Assembly (NCBI GenBank): GCA_035546535.1
Contig: DASZWQ010000066.1
Span: 14,222-78,221 of the forward strand
Source: Pirellulales bacterium
Lineage (GTDB): Bacteria; Planctomycetota; Planctomycetia; Pirellulales; JACPPG01
Reading direction: 5' to 3'
DNA length: 64,000 nt
Program-made: the position numbers and the translations under genes
Part shown: in pieces, positions 49,285 to 59,579 of the stretch
Layout of the letters: the number at the start of each line of letters is the position of its first letter
Numbering within the stretch: position 1 is the first letter of the stretch
Notes under the pieces: generated by a model
Database searches by the model: none
What the model was told of the DNA's origin: nothing
Seen by the model: the letters and a program-made list of their open reading frames with translations, nothing else

Positions 49285-49458
49285 GTGTCGCGCGCAAGCT
49301 TTCTACTTCGCACCGATCCTCAGTTGCTCGAGGCTTTGCGCCGCTGGGCCGACGACGATTTGCGCAGCCTGAACGGCCAGATCGAATTCCTGCTGCGCAA
49401 GGCCTTGCGTGAGGCGGGTCGCACCAAGGACCCCGACGCGCGGGATAAGCGGCGTTAG
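49285..49458 (+). CDS. ribbon-helix-helix (Arc/MetJ-like) DNA-binding protein, 57 aa (not in ORF track)
   Basis: GTG 49285 to TAG 49458 translated by hand: VSRASFLLRTDPQLLEALRRWADDDLRSLNGQIEFLLRKALREAGRTKDPDARDKRR. The beta-strand, helix, G-turn, helix pattern is typical of RHH proteins. Confidence 0.6.
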   Translation: MSRASFLLRTDPQLLEALRRWADDDLRSLNGQIEFLLRKALREAGRTKDPDARDKRR

Positions 49459-49592
49459 CCGTCTCGGCCTGCCCTGGTCGTGTCGTTCAAGTTGGATTTG
49501 GCGATCTCCGTTCAGGAAGCTGGCACGGTGTGTTTGCCCTGCCTATCATGGTCGAAACCGCACCATGACCCGGCCGGCCGGAGTTTGCTCGC

Positions 49593-51485
49593 ATGTCATA
49601 TCGAAGTTGCTTTTTCGCGCGCGTCCCTTCCTTGTTGGCATTGCTCCTCCTCGGCGCGCTTGCCGGGACCGCGCTTGGCCAGGGACGCGATTACGTCGTC
49701 TCGCATTACACGAAGTTCGAGTATCGCATCCCCATGCGCGACGGGGTGAAGCTGTTCACGGCCGTCTACGTGCCGAAGGATCAATCGCAGCAGTATCCAC
49801 TCTTGTTGTTGCGTACGCCGTACAGCGTGCGGCCCTACGGCGCGGATCAATACAAGAGCGACCTTGGTCCTAGCGCCGCCTTCGGCCAGCAAGGCTACAT
49901 CTTCGTCTACCAGGACGTGCGCGGGCGGTGGATGTCCGAAGGGGAATTTCAACACGTGCGACCGTACATCGCCGACAAGAAGGGGCCGCAGGACGTCGAC
50001 GAAACCAGTGACACGTGGGACACGATCGAATGGCTTACGAAGCACGTGCCCAACCACAACGGCCGCGTGGGCATGTACGGCATTTCCTACCCGGGCTTTT
50101 ACACCTCGTGCGGCATGATCGATGCCCATCCGGCGCTCAAGGCCGTCTCGCCGCAGGCGCCCGTGGCCGACTGGTTCGTCGGCGACGATTGGCACCACAA
50201 CGGCGCGTTCTTTCTGGCACATGCCTTCAGTTGGATGTCGTCCAACGATCGTATGCGTGACAAGCCGACGAAGAAATTCTCGTTCTCGTTCGATTACGGC
50301 ACACCGGACGGTTATCAGTTCTTTATGAACTTTGGCCCACTGGCCGAGGCCAACAAGCGCCACTTCAAAGAGCCGATGCCGCACTGGGACGAAGTGATCT
50401 CACACCCGAACTACGACGAGTTTTGGAAAGCGCGCAACATTCGTCCGCACTTGAAGAACATCCGCCCGGCCGTGATGACCGTGGCCGGATGGTTCGACGC
50501 CGAGGATCTTTTCGGCACTTTGGAAACGTACAGGGCCGTCGAGGCGAGTAGCCCCAATATTCCCAACGTCCTGGTGATGGGACCGTGGCGCCACGGCGGG
50601 TGGGCACGCGACGCCGGAGACTCGCTGGGCGACGTGAACTTCAATTCCAAGACCGGCGAGTTCTACCGCGAAAAGATCGAGCTGCCGTTTTTCGAGTACC
50701 ACCTGAAGAGCAAGGGCGAGTCCGTCCATCCCGAGGCCTGGGTTTTCGAGACCGGCACGAACCAGTGGCAAAAACACGACGCCTGGCCGCCGAAATCGGC
50801 GCAGCGACGTGCGCTGCACCTGGCGGCGAGCGGCCGGCTGTCCAACGATGCCCCGGCTGCGTCCGAGCCGGTCGACACGCACGACGCGTACGTCAGCGAC
50901 CCGCACCGGCCCGTGCCGTTCATGCGCGGCACCTTTACGGGCATGCCCACGCGTTACATGCTCGAAGATCAGCGTTTCGCCGCGCAGCGTCCCGACGTGC
51001 TCGTGTACCAGACCGAGGCACTGGCGGATGATCTGCGCATCGCCGGCCCGATCGAGGTCGAATTGCACGTGGCCACGACGGGCACCGACGCGGATTTCGT
51101 CGTCAAGCTGATCGACGTTTATCCGGACGACTATCCCGACCCGGAGCCGAATCCTAGCGGCGTACGGATGGGCGGTTACCAGCAGATGGTGCGCGGGGAC
51201 GTGATGCGCGGCCGCTACCGGGCGAGCTTCGAGAATCCGCAGCCCTTCAAGCCTGGCGAGCCGACGCTCGTCAAGTTCGTGATGCCTGACGTGTGCCATT
51301 CGTTCCGCAGCGGGCACCGAGTGATGGTCCAGGTGCAGAGCAGTTGGTTCCCGCTGGTGGACCGCAATCCGCAGACGTTCGTCGACATTTATCGCGCGCA
51401 GGATTCCGATTACCAGGCCGCGACGCAAAAGGTGTTTCGTTCGGCCGCGCGGCCATCGCGTGTAACGGTTTCGGTCGTTCCCTAG
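49593..51485 (+). CDS. CocE/NonD family hydrolase (X-Pro dipeptidyl-peptidase S15-like), secreted
   Basis: Signal peptide present. YRIPMRDGVKLFTAVYVP. Nucleophile elbow MYGISYPGF. C-terminal beta-sandwich-like region. Confidence 0.85.
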   Translation: MSYRSCFFARVPSLLALLLLGALAGTALGQGRDYVVSHYTKFEYRIPMRDGVKLFTAVYVPKDQSQQYPLLLLRTPYSVRPYGADQYKSDLGPSAAFGQQGYIFVYQDVRGRWMSEGEFQHVRPYIADKKGPQDVDETSDTWDTIEWLTKHVPNHNGRVGMYGISYPGFYTSCGMIDAHPALKAVSPQAPVADWFVGDDWHHNGAFFLAHAFSWMSSNDRMRDKPTKKFSFSFDYGTPDGYQFFMNFGPLAEANKRHFKEPMPHWDEVISHPNYDEFWKARNIRPHLKNIRPAVMTVAGWFDAEDLFGTLETYRAVEASSPNIPNVLVMGPWRHGGWARDAGDSLGDVNFNSKTGEFYREKIELPFFEYHLKSKGESVHPEAWVFETGTNQWQKHDAWPPKSAQRRALHLAASGRLSNDAPAASEPVDTHDAYVSDPHRPVPFMRGTFTGMPTRYMLEDQRFAAQRPDVLVYQTEALADDLRIAGPIEVELHVATTGTDADFVVKLIDVYPDDYPDPEPNPSGVRMGGYQQMVRGDVMRGRYRASFENPQPFKPGEPTLVKFVMPDVCHSFRSGHRVMVQVQSSWFPLVDRNPQTFVDIYRAQDSDYQAATQKVFRSAARPSRVTVSVVP

Positions 51486-51831
51486 CAGGCATCCATCGTT
51501 CGGACGGTCGGCAGGCGCACTCGGAGTAGCCCGGCCGGCGCATCTTCTGTCCGATCGTTTTGCACAAAATGCGGTGACTTTGCCAATGTCCTTGGCGTGG
51601 CAGAGACGCCCTCGCAATGTGCGGATCTTGCCGATCGCGCCGATTTCGCACCTGCCGCCCTCTCGTGCATTTGGGAAGGTATGTTTATGCAAACATGCGT
51701 CTGACATGTTTAGTCACCGGGGCGCGAGAGTGTCCGCGACGCCAAAAACTGGTGGCCGGCGCACTCCGCCGTACAATGAGGAGCCGGCGGCAATTCAAGC
51801 GCGACAGGAAATCCGTGGGAGACGCGTTGCC

Positions 51832-52746
51832 ATGATTCGAAATCTCTTGTGCCTGGCCATCTTTGCGTGGGCGTCGTGGGTACCGCCGTCGTGGGCCGTT
51901 GCCGCCGACGACGCGAAACCGTCGCCTGACGAAGCCGCCATTCGCAAGGCGATCGAATCGTACACGGACGCTTTCAACAAGGGTGACGCCGCCGCGGTGG
52001 CGAATCACTTTTCCGAGACCGGCGCCTACATCGATCCCATCACCGGCGAGCGCGAGGTTGGTCGTGAAGCGATCGCCAAGGCGCTCGCCGACCGATTCTC
52101 GCTGGGTCTCAAGCCGAAGCTAAGCGTCACGGTCGATTCGATCCGGCTGCTCGACGATAACGTCGCGATCGAGGAAGGCACCGCTACGATCATTACCAAG
52201 AAGTCCGGCCCGGAAGTAAGCACTTACGTCGCCATTCACGTGAAGAAGGACGGAAAGTGGCAATTGGACAGTGTTCGCGAGACTCTCCTGCCCGAGCCCG
52301 AGGCGGACGATTCGAGCCCGCTCGAAGAGCTCAGCTGGATGATCGGCCGGTGGGCCGACAAATCGGACGGGGCATCGGTCGAAACCGTGTGCAACTGGGC
52401 GCTGGACGGCGCTTTCATCACGCGATCGTTCACGATCGCGATCGAGGGACAGCCGCTGATGTCTGGCACGCAGATCATCGCCTGGGACGCGGCCAACAAG
52501 CGTATTCGTTCGTGGGTTTTCGACAGTGACGGCACCTTCGGCGAAGGTGCGTGGACCAAGGAAGAAGATCACTGGCGCATTCGTGCGACCAATACGCTGG
52601 CCGACGGCAGCAAAGCCACGGCTGTGCAAATCATCAAGAAAATCGACGACGACAGCTTCACCTTCGAATCGATCAGCCGACAAGTCGACGGCGAGCTCTT
52701 GCCCAACGTCGACCCGATCACGATCGTTCGCCAAACCAACGACTAA
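51832..52746 (+). CDS. secreted two-domain protein: SnoaL/DUF4440-like NTF2 fold plus beta-barrel-like C-terminal domain
   Basis: Signal peptide MIRNLLCLAIFAWASWVPPSWAVA. EAAIRKAIESYTDAFNKGDAAAVANHFSETGAYIDP is typical of SgcJ/EcaC/DUF4440 proteins. Confidence 0.65.
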   Translation: MIRNLLCLAIFAWASWVPPSWAVAADDAKPSPDEAAIRKAIESYTDAFNKGDAAAVANHFSETGAYIDPITGEREVGREAIAKALADRFSLGLKPKLSVTVDSIRLLDDNVAIEEGTATIITKKSGPEVSTYVAIHVKKDGKWQLDSVRETLLPEPEADDSSPLEELSWMIGRWADKSDGASVETVCNWALDGAFITRSFTIAIEGQPLMSGTQIIAWDAANKRIRSWVFDSDGTFGEGAWTKEEDHWRIRATNTLADGSKATAVQIIKKIDDDSFTFESISRQVDGELLPNVDPITIVRQTND

Positions 52747-52781
52747 CACCGCACGAGCGCAAGCCCGAGGGGGACCTTGAT

Positions 52782-54362
52782 ATGAGCAGGCTGGCAATCT
52801 CTCTGATGGCATTCTTGATGTTGGCGGCGCAGCCGGCCGAGTTGCTGGCGCGCGGCGGAGGCGGCGGGCGCAGCTTCGGAGGCGGCGGCGGAGGTCGCAG
52901 CTTCGGCGGTGGCGGAGGAGGGGGGCGCAGTTTCGGCGGAGGGGGCGGCAACTTCGGAGGCGGGCGCAGCTTTAGCGGAGGCGCCGGCAATTTCAGCAGC
53001 GCTGGCCGTACCTATGGCGCCGGCGGCGCGGGTACGCGTAATTTCGGCGGGGTGGGCGGCATCGGCGAGCATTCGCCGTCGATGAGCCGCAGCTCGTCGT
53101 TCAATCCTGGCGCGCACGGCACGGGCGGATATGCCGGACGCAGCTTCAGCGGCGCAACCGGCGCCGCTTACGGTGGACGCGGCGGAGAATTCGCCGCCGG
53201 CAATTTCAACCGTCCTTCGGCGGGCCAGCTGGGAAATTTCCTGGGCATGCAACAATCCGGCGGAGGGAACTTTGCCGGTGGTAATTTTGGTGGCGGGGGA
53301 CGCGTGCCCGGAGGTTTCGGCGGTGGAGCAGGTAAAGGTCCGAGCGGTGGCGGCCTCGGCCCTGGTGGTGGCGGAAAAGGACCAGGGGGCGGAGGCGCAG
53401 GTCCCGGCGCTGGCGGCAAAGGTCCCGGCGCTGGCGGCAAAGGTCCGGGTGGTGGTGGGAAGGGACCGGGCGGTGGTGGAATCGCCGGTGGTGGAAAGGG
53501 ACCGAATCAGGGTGGCGCGGGCAATCGCAATCCAGGAAATCGCAATCCCGGGAACCGCAACCCCGGCAATGTCACGCCGCAGCAACAGCAACACGCGCAG
53601 AACATCCGCAACAACATCCAGAACAACCACAACAACTGGTACGGCAATCACAACAACTGGTACGGCGGCGGCTGGTGGGGTAACCACGGCGGCGCGTGGA
53701 ATCACGGTTGGAATTACTGGCATGGCTGGGGGCCCGGCTATTGGTGGGGCGGGCTCGGCGTGGGCGCTCTGACGGGCTTCCTGCTCGGTAGCTGGGGCAC
53801 GCCGATGTACTACGGCTACGGCGCCGGCGGCAACGTCGCTTATCAGGACGATTCGGTGTACGTCAATGGTCAGTACGCCGGCACCCCCGAGGCCTACTAC
53901 GACCAGGCCCAGCAAATCGCGCAGACGCCCGTGAGCGAGGATGCCCAGCAGGGCGATTGGATGCCCTTGGGCGTCTTTGCCGTCTCAAGTCGTGCGGACG
54001 ATGACCATCCTGCGATGATGATGCAGTTGGCCGTGAGCAAGCAAGGAAACCTTGCCGGCATGTACTACAACACCTCCGACGACGTGGCCCTGCCGATTCA
54101 AGGCGCCGTCGATCAGAAGACGCAGCGTGCCGCGTGGACCGTCGGCGACAAGAAGAACACGGTGCTGGAGACGGGCATCTTCAACCTCACCAAGGAAGAG
54201 ACGCCCGTGCTGGTGCATTTCGGCGACGAGAAAACGCAGAACTGGATGATGGTACGGCTGGACAAGCCGGAGTCGGCTTCGCAAGACGTCTTCGGCCCGC
54301 CCAGCGCCCAACCGCCACAGCAAGCGCCCGCGCCCGGCCCGGCGGCGCCGTCGGATTCGTAA
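52782..54362 (+). CDS. glycine-rich low-complexity secreted/membrane protein with globular C-terminal domain
   Basis: Signal peptide MSRLAISLMAFLMLAAQPAELLA. RSFGGGGGG x3, KGPGGGG-type repeats, NRNPG x3, block NNHNNWYGNHNNWYGGGWWGNHGGAWNHGWNYWHGWGPGYWWGG, hydrophobic LGVGALTGFLLGSW, then about 170 aa of non-repetitive sequence. Confidence 0.7.
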   Translation: MSRLAISLMAFLMLAAQPAELLARGGGGGRSFGGGGGGRSFGGGGGGGRSFGGGGGNFGGGRSFSGGAGNFSSAGRTYGAGGAGTRNFGGVGGIGEHSPSMSRSSSFNPGAHGTGGYAGRSFSGATGAAYGGRGGEFAAGNFNRPSAGQLGNFLGMQQSGGGNFAGGNFGGGGRVPGGFGGGAGKGPSGGGLGPGGGGKGPGGGGAGPGAGGKGPGAGGKGPGGGGKGPGGGGIAGGGKGPNQGGAGNRNPGNRNPGNRNPGNVTPQQQQHAQNIRNNIQNNHNNWYGNHNNWYGGGWWGNHGGAWNHGWNYWHGWGPGYWWGGLGVGALTGFLLGSWGTPMYYGYGAGGNVAYQDDSVYVNGQYAGTPEAYYDQAQQIAQTPVSEDAQQGDWMPLGVFAVSSRADDDHPAMMMQLAVSKQGNLAGMYYNTSDDVALPIQGAVDQKTQRAAWTVGDKKNTVLETGIFNLTKEETPVLVHFGDEKTQNWMMVRLDKPESASQDVFGPPSAQPPQQAPAPGPAAPSDS

Positions 54363-54483
54363 TCGCCATCAGTTCGATTCAGCCCGCACGGCCTCTTGGG
54401 TGTCCCTGGTGGCTCGTCTACCAGTGCCCTCGGACACGTATTCTCCGTGCCGCGCTTCACGGCCGATGCCTGTCGTAACCTCT

Positions 54484-54512
54484 TTGACACCCTCCGCAGC
54501 GCGCTAGACAAT
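54484..54512 (+). promoter_or_regulatory. candidate sigma70-type promoter for phoD
   Basis: Perfect TTGACA (54484-54489), 17-nt spacer, GACAAT (54507-54512). About 100 nt upstream of GTG 54616. Confidence 0.4.
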
Positions 54513-54615
54513 GTGCGCGTTCATCCAGTCGCGCGGAACGGCCCACGCCGACGTACGCGCGCTGGTCGCACCGCTTGCCCTTCCACGCTTCGTGCTTAGC
54601 ACCAGGGAGTCACCC

Positions 54616-56205
54616 GTGTCTGATCCTCGCTATCCGTCGCTCTATCCGTCTGGTCCCGGCCGCTCGTACAGCCGGCGATCATTCCTCGCCACCACCGGTT
54701 CGCTGGCCGCCGCGGCCGTGTGGGCTTCGCGGGCCGAAGGCGCCGTGCGCCGCAACGTCGCCTTCTCCGATTATCCCTTCAAGCTCGGCGTCGCCTCGGG
54801 TGATCCGTCGCCCGATGGCCTGGTGCTATGGACGCGTCTGGCCCCCAAGCCGCTAGAGGGGGGCGGCATGCCTGCCGAGCCGGTCGAGGTCGATTGGCAA
54901 GTGGCCGCCGACGAACCATTCAGCAAAGTGGTGCGGCAAGGAAAGACGACGGCCACGCCCGACTGGGGCCACACCGTACACGTCGAGGTTGATGGGCTCG
55001 AGCCGGGGCGCTGGTACTGGTATCAGTTCAAGGTGGGCAGCGAAACGAGTCCCAAGGGGCGCACGCGCACCATGCCGCCGGCCGATGCCGCGGCGCCGCC
55101 ACTGAAGTTTGCCTTCGCCTCGTGCCAGCATTTCGAGACCGGCTATTACACGGCCTATGAGCATATGCTCAAGGACGATCTCGACCTGGTGCTGCACCTG
55201 GGCGATTATATCTATGAGGGCGCGGCGCGCGACGATCGCGTGCGCAAGCACGTCGGCGGCAAGATTGAAACGCTGGACGATTATCGCAACCGTTACGCCC
55301 AGTATCGCGGCGATCCGGCGCTGCTGGCGATGCACGCCGCCGCACCGTGGATCGTGACCTGGGACGATCACGAAGTCGAAAACAACTATGCCGGCCCTTA
55401 CCCCGAAGACTTGAAGGTCTCGCAGGCTGATTTCCTCAAGCGCCGGGCGCTGGCCTACCAGGCGTACTACGAAAACATGCCGCTAAGGCGTAGCGCACTG
55501 CCGCACGGCCCCGACATGCCGCTGTACCGCAAGCTCCCCTTCGGACGGTTGGCGAATTTCTACGTGCTCGACACGCGGCAGTACCGCACCGATCAGCCGT
55601 GTGGCGATGGACACAAGAAACCGGACGCCAGCGTGTACGATGAAAAAGCCGCGATCCTGGGCGATGCGCAGCGCAAATGGTTGCTCGATGGCTTGGGCTC
55701 TTCGCACGCCAAATGGAACGTTCTGGCCCAGCAGGTCATGGTCACGCGCATCGATTACGCCGCGGGGGACGTCGAAGTGCTCGACATGGATAAATGGGCG
55801 GGCTACGAGGCGGATCGCCGCCGGCTGCTCAATTTCCTGGCCGAGCGAAAACCCGCGAACCCGGTGGTCCTGACCGGTGACATTCATACGAATTGGGCCT
55901 GCGACATCACCACGGATTACAACAAGCAGGACGCAAAGAACGTCGGCGTGGAGTTCGTCGGCACCTCGATATCTTCGTCCGGCGACGGGCTGCGCACGCC
56001 GCGCAACACGGAAACGATTCTCAAGGAAAACCCTGCGGTGAAGCTGTACAACGCCCAGCGCGGTTACGTCCGCTGCACGGTGACGCCGCGCCAGTGGCGC
56101 ACGGATTACCAGGTGGTGGAGTACGTCACGCGCAAGGGCGCGCCGGTGGAAACACTGGCCTCGTTCGTGGTCGAGGATGGTCAGCCGCGTGTGCAGAAAG
56201 CATAA
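54616..56205 (+). CDS. phoD: alkaline phosphatase D family protein (Tat-exported)
   Basis: AGGGAG RBS 7 nt upstream of GTG 54616. Tat motif SRRSFLATTGSLAAAAVWA. FKLGVASGDPSPDGLVLWTRL and metallophosphatase blocks. Confidence 0.85.
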   Translation: MSDPRYPSLYPSGPGRSYSRRSFLATTGSLAAAAVWASRAEGAVRRNVAFSDYPFKLGVASGDPSPDGLVLWTRLAPKPLEGGGMPAEPVEVDWQVAADEPFSKVVRQGKTTATPDWGHTVHVEVDGLEPGRWYWYQFKVGSETSPKGRTRTMPPADAAAPPLKFAFASCQHFETGYYTAYEHMLKDDLDLVLHLGDYIYEGAARDDRVRKHVGGKIETLDDYRNRYAQYRGDPALLAMHAAAPWIVTWDDHEVENNYAGPYPEDLKVSQADFLKRRALAYQAYYENMPLRRSALPHGPDMPLYRKLPFGRLANFYVLDTRQYRTDQPCGDGHKKPDASVYDEKAAILGDAQRKWLLDGLGSSHAKWNVLAQQVMVTRIDYAAGDVEVLDMDKWAGYEADRRRLLNFLAERKPANPVVLTGDIHTNWACDITTDYNKQDAKNVGVEFVGTSISSSGDGLRTPRNTETILKENPAVKLYNAQRGYVRCTVTPRQWRTDYQVVEYVTRKGAPVETLASFVVEDGQPRVQKA

Positions 56206-56282
56206 GGGGCCGGGAATTTGACACTTCGACAGCGCCGTCAAATGCAATATCAGGCGCAATATCAGGCAAGGATCAATGAACC

Positions 56283-56765
56283 ATGAACGCTCATGATGTC
56301 ATCAAGTTTTCGCTCGATTCGGCGACGCACGTTGTTTCGCAGATGCTGGCCGATCTGAGCGATGCTGATTTGCTCCGCCGCCCGGCCCCTGGCTGCAATC
56401 ACATCAACTGGCAAGTCGGGCATTGTCTGAATGGCGAGCATCAGCGGATGAGCAAAGAGCTGCCCGGCTCGGTGCCGCCGCTGCCGGCCGGCTTTGCCGA
56501 GAAGTATTCGGCCGACAACGCCAAGTCAGACGATCCGGCGGCTTTCTGCAAGAAGGAAGAATTAATGCGCGTTCACGCCGAGCTGCGAAAGGCCATCGTC
56601 GCGGCGCTCGACAAGTGCAGTGCCGCCGATCTCGACAAGCCTAGTGAAGGCTGGACGCCGACCCTGGGCGCGATGTTCGCGGGCATGGGCAGCCTGCACT
56701 GGCTGATGCACGTCGGCCAATGGACCGTCGTGCGTCGCGAGTTGGGCCGGCCACCGCTGTTCTAG
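56283..56765 (+). CDS. DinB-family protein
   Basis: 160 aa with a four-helix pattern. HINWQVGH ... HWLMHVGQ His ligand-like positions. Confidence 0.75.
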   Translation: MNAHDVIKFSLDSATHVVSQMLADLSDADLLRRPAPGCNHINWQVGHCLNGEHQRMSKELPGSVPPLPAGFAEKYSADNAKSDDPAAFCKKEELMRVHAELRKAIVAALDKCSAADLDKPSEGWTPTLGAMFAGMGSLHWLMHVGQWTVVRRELGRPPLF

Positions 56766-56896
56766 ACTGAAGCGCCGAACGAAGCATTCAGGAATCCCGG
56801 CAGACAACAGCGAAAGCCATCCACAGTGTTCATGCCGCCCGAGCGGCACCCGAAGGCATGAACACTGCGGATGCATTCCCATTCGCGACGCACAAC

Positions 56897-56933
56897 AAAA
56901 AACCCCGCCGGCTCCCGAGATGGGAACCGGCGA
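56897..56933 (-). terminator. rho-independent terminator of groEL
   Basis: Minus strand reads cgccggttccca-tctc-gggagccggcg followed by gggtttttt. About 65 nt after the groEL stop. Confidence 0.7.
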
Positions 56934-56999
56934 GGTTGATGACTTCGGGCAGACAGCACTGGTGGACGAGCCACCCGTGGCCCCCTCTCGCGACCTCGA

Positions 57000-58697
<1,698 letters not shown>

Positions 58698-58757
58698 TCA
58701 GGCGCTCGCCCGACCCATGACGCTCGGCGCGCCGAAAATCCAGATCGGAGGTGGGCC

Positions 58758-59084
58758 TTACTCGATGACCGCCAAGATGTCGTCTTCGCGCATCAACAGC
58801 AGCTCTTGATCGCCGACCTTGAACTCGTCGCCAGCGTACGAGCTGAACAGGACGCGGTCGCCCACCTTGACCTGCAACTTGCCGCGGGTGCCGTCGTCCA
58901 ACAGCTTGCCGTCACCGATGGCCACGATCGTGCCGCGGGCCGGCTTGTCCTTGGCGGAATCGGGCAGAACGATGCCCCCGGCGGTCCGCTCTTCCGACTC
59001 TTCGCGCTCGACCACCACGCGGTCGCCCAGCGGTTGCAACTTGATTTTGCTCGGGGTCTTCTTGTTCTTGGCCACTGTCGACAT
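58758..59084 (-). CDS. groES: co-chaperonin GroES
   Basis: ATG 59084. [34 protein letters not shown]...[11 protein letters not shown]. Confidence 0.9.
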   Translation of the reverse strand: MSTVAKNKKTPSKIKLQPLGDRVVVEREESEERTAGGIVLPDSAKDKPARGTIVAIGDGKLLDDGTRGKLQVKVGDRVLFSSYAGDEFKVGDQELLLMREDDILAVIE

Positions 59085-59579
59085 CGCTTGTTCGCCTCCG
59101 ATATTTCTCGAACGGGAAGTCTGGGAAGTATGGCAACTCAAACGGCTGCCCGTTTACGGGGTGGGTAATCCAGGGCTGCCAATTGTGCGTATCCGTAGCG
59201 CAGTCGACCGCTGGAAACGCAATTGCCGGGCCAAGAACGCTCGCTTCGCTGTAAAGGACTAAATAGAAAAGGCTTATCGAGGACATCAGTGATTTGAAGG
59301 CCAATCCTCACGACCTAATCCGGCAGGCGGGCGGGCGTCTCGGCCGTAGGCCGCTGCCAGATTGGCAGGGGTGTCCGGACTCGGCCTGAGCGGGTCGCAA
59401 TGGGATCAAATCATCCCGAACTGGCCGCTTCCTGGGCCCGTATCGGAACGGATGCCACGAGCTATCAAGTCACGGGTTCAGCTTCCCAACTCGTGACGAC
59501 TGACTAGAATGCGTCGGCCGCACGGAGGCTTCCCGCAGCGGTAACGGCCAGCCCAATTCCCACCCGCCAGGTTTCCGCC

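Noticed and set aside
49521-49537. sigma54-like TGGCAC...TTGC upstream of the CocE/NonD gene
   Set aside because: The GG and GC dinucleotides are separated by 12 nt rather than the required 10, so it does not fit the -24/-12 geometry.
59085-59579. CIRCE (TTAGCACTC-N9-GAGTGCTAA) or clear sigma32 promoter upstream of groES
   Set aside because: No CIRCE half-site is present in this 495-nt region or in the groES-groEL spacer. Only weak CTTCAAA-like matches exist, so no regulatory call was made.
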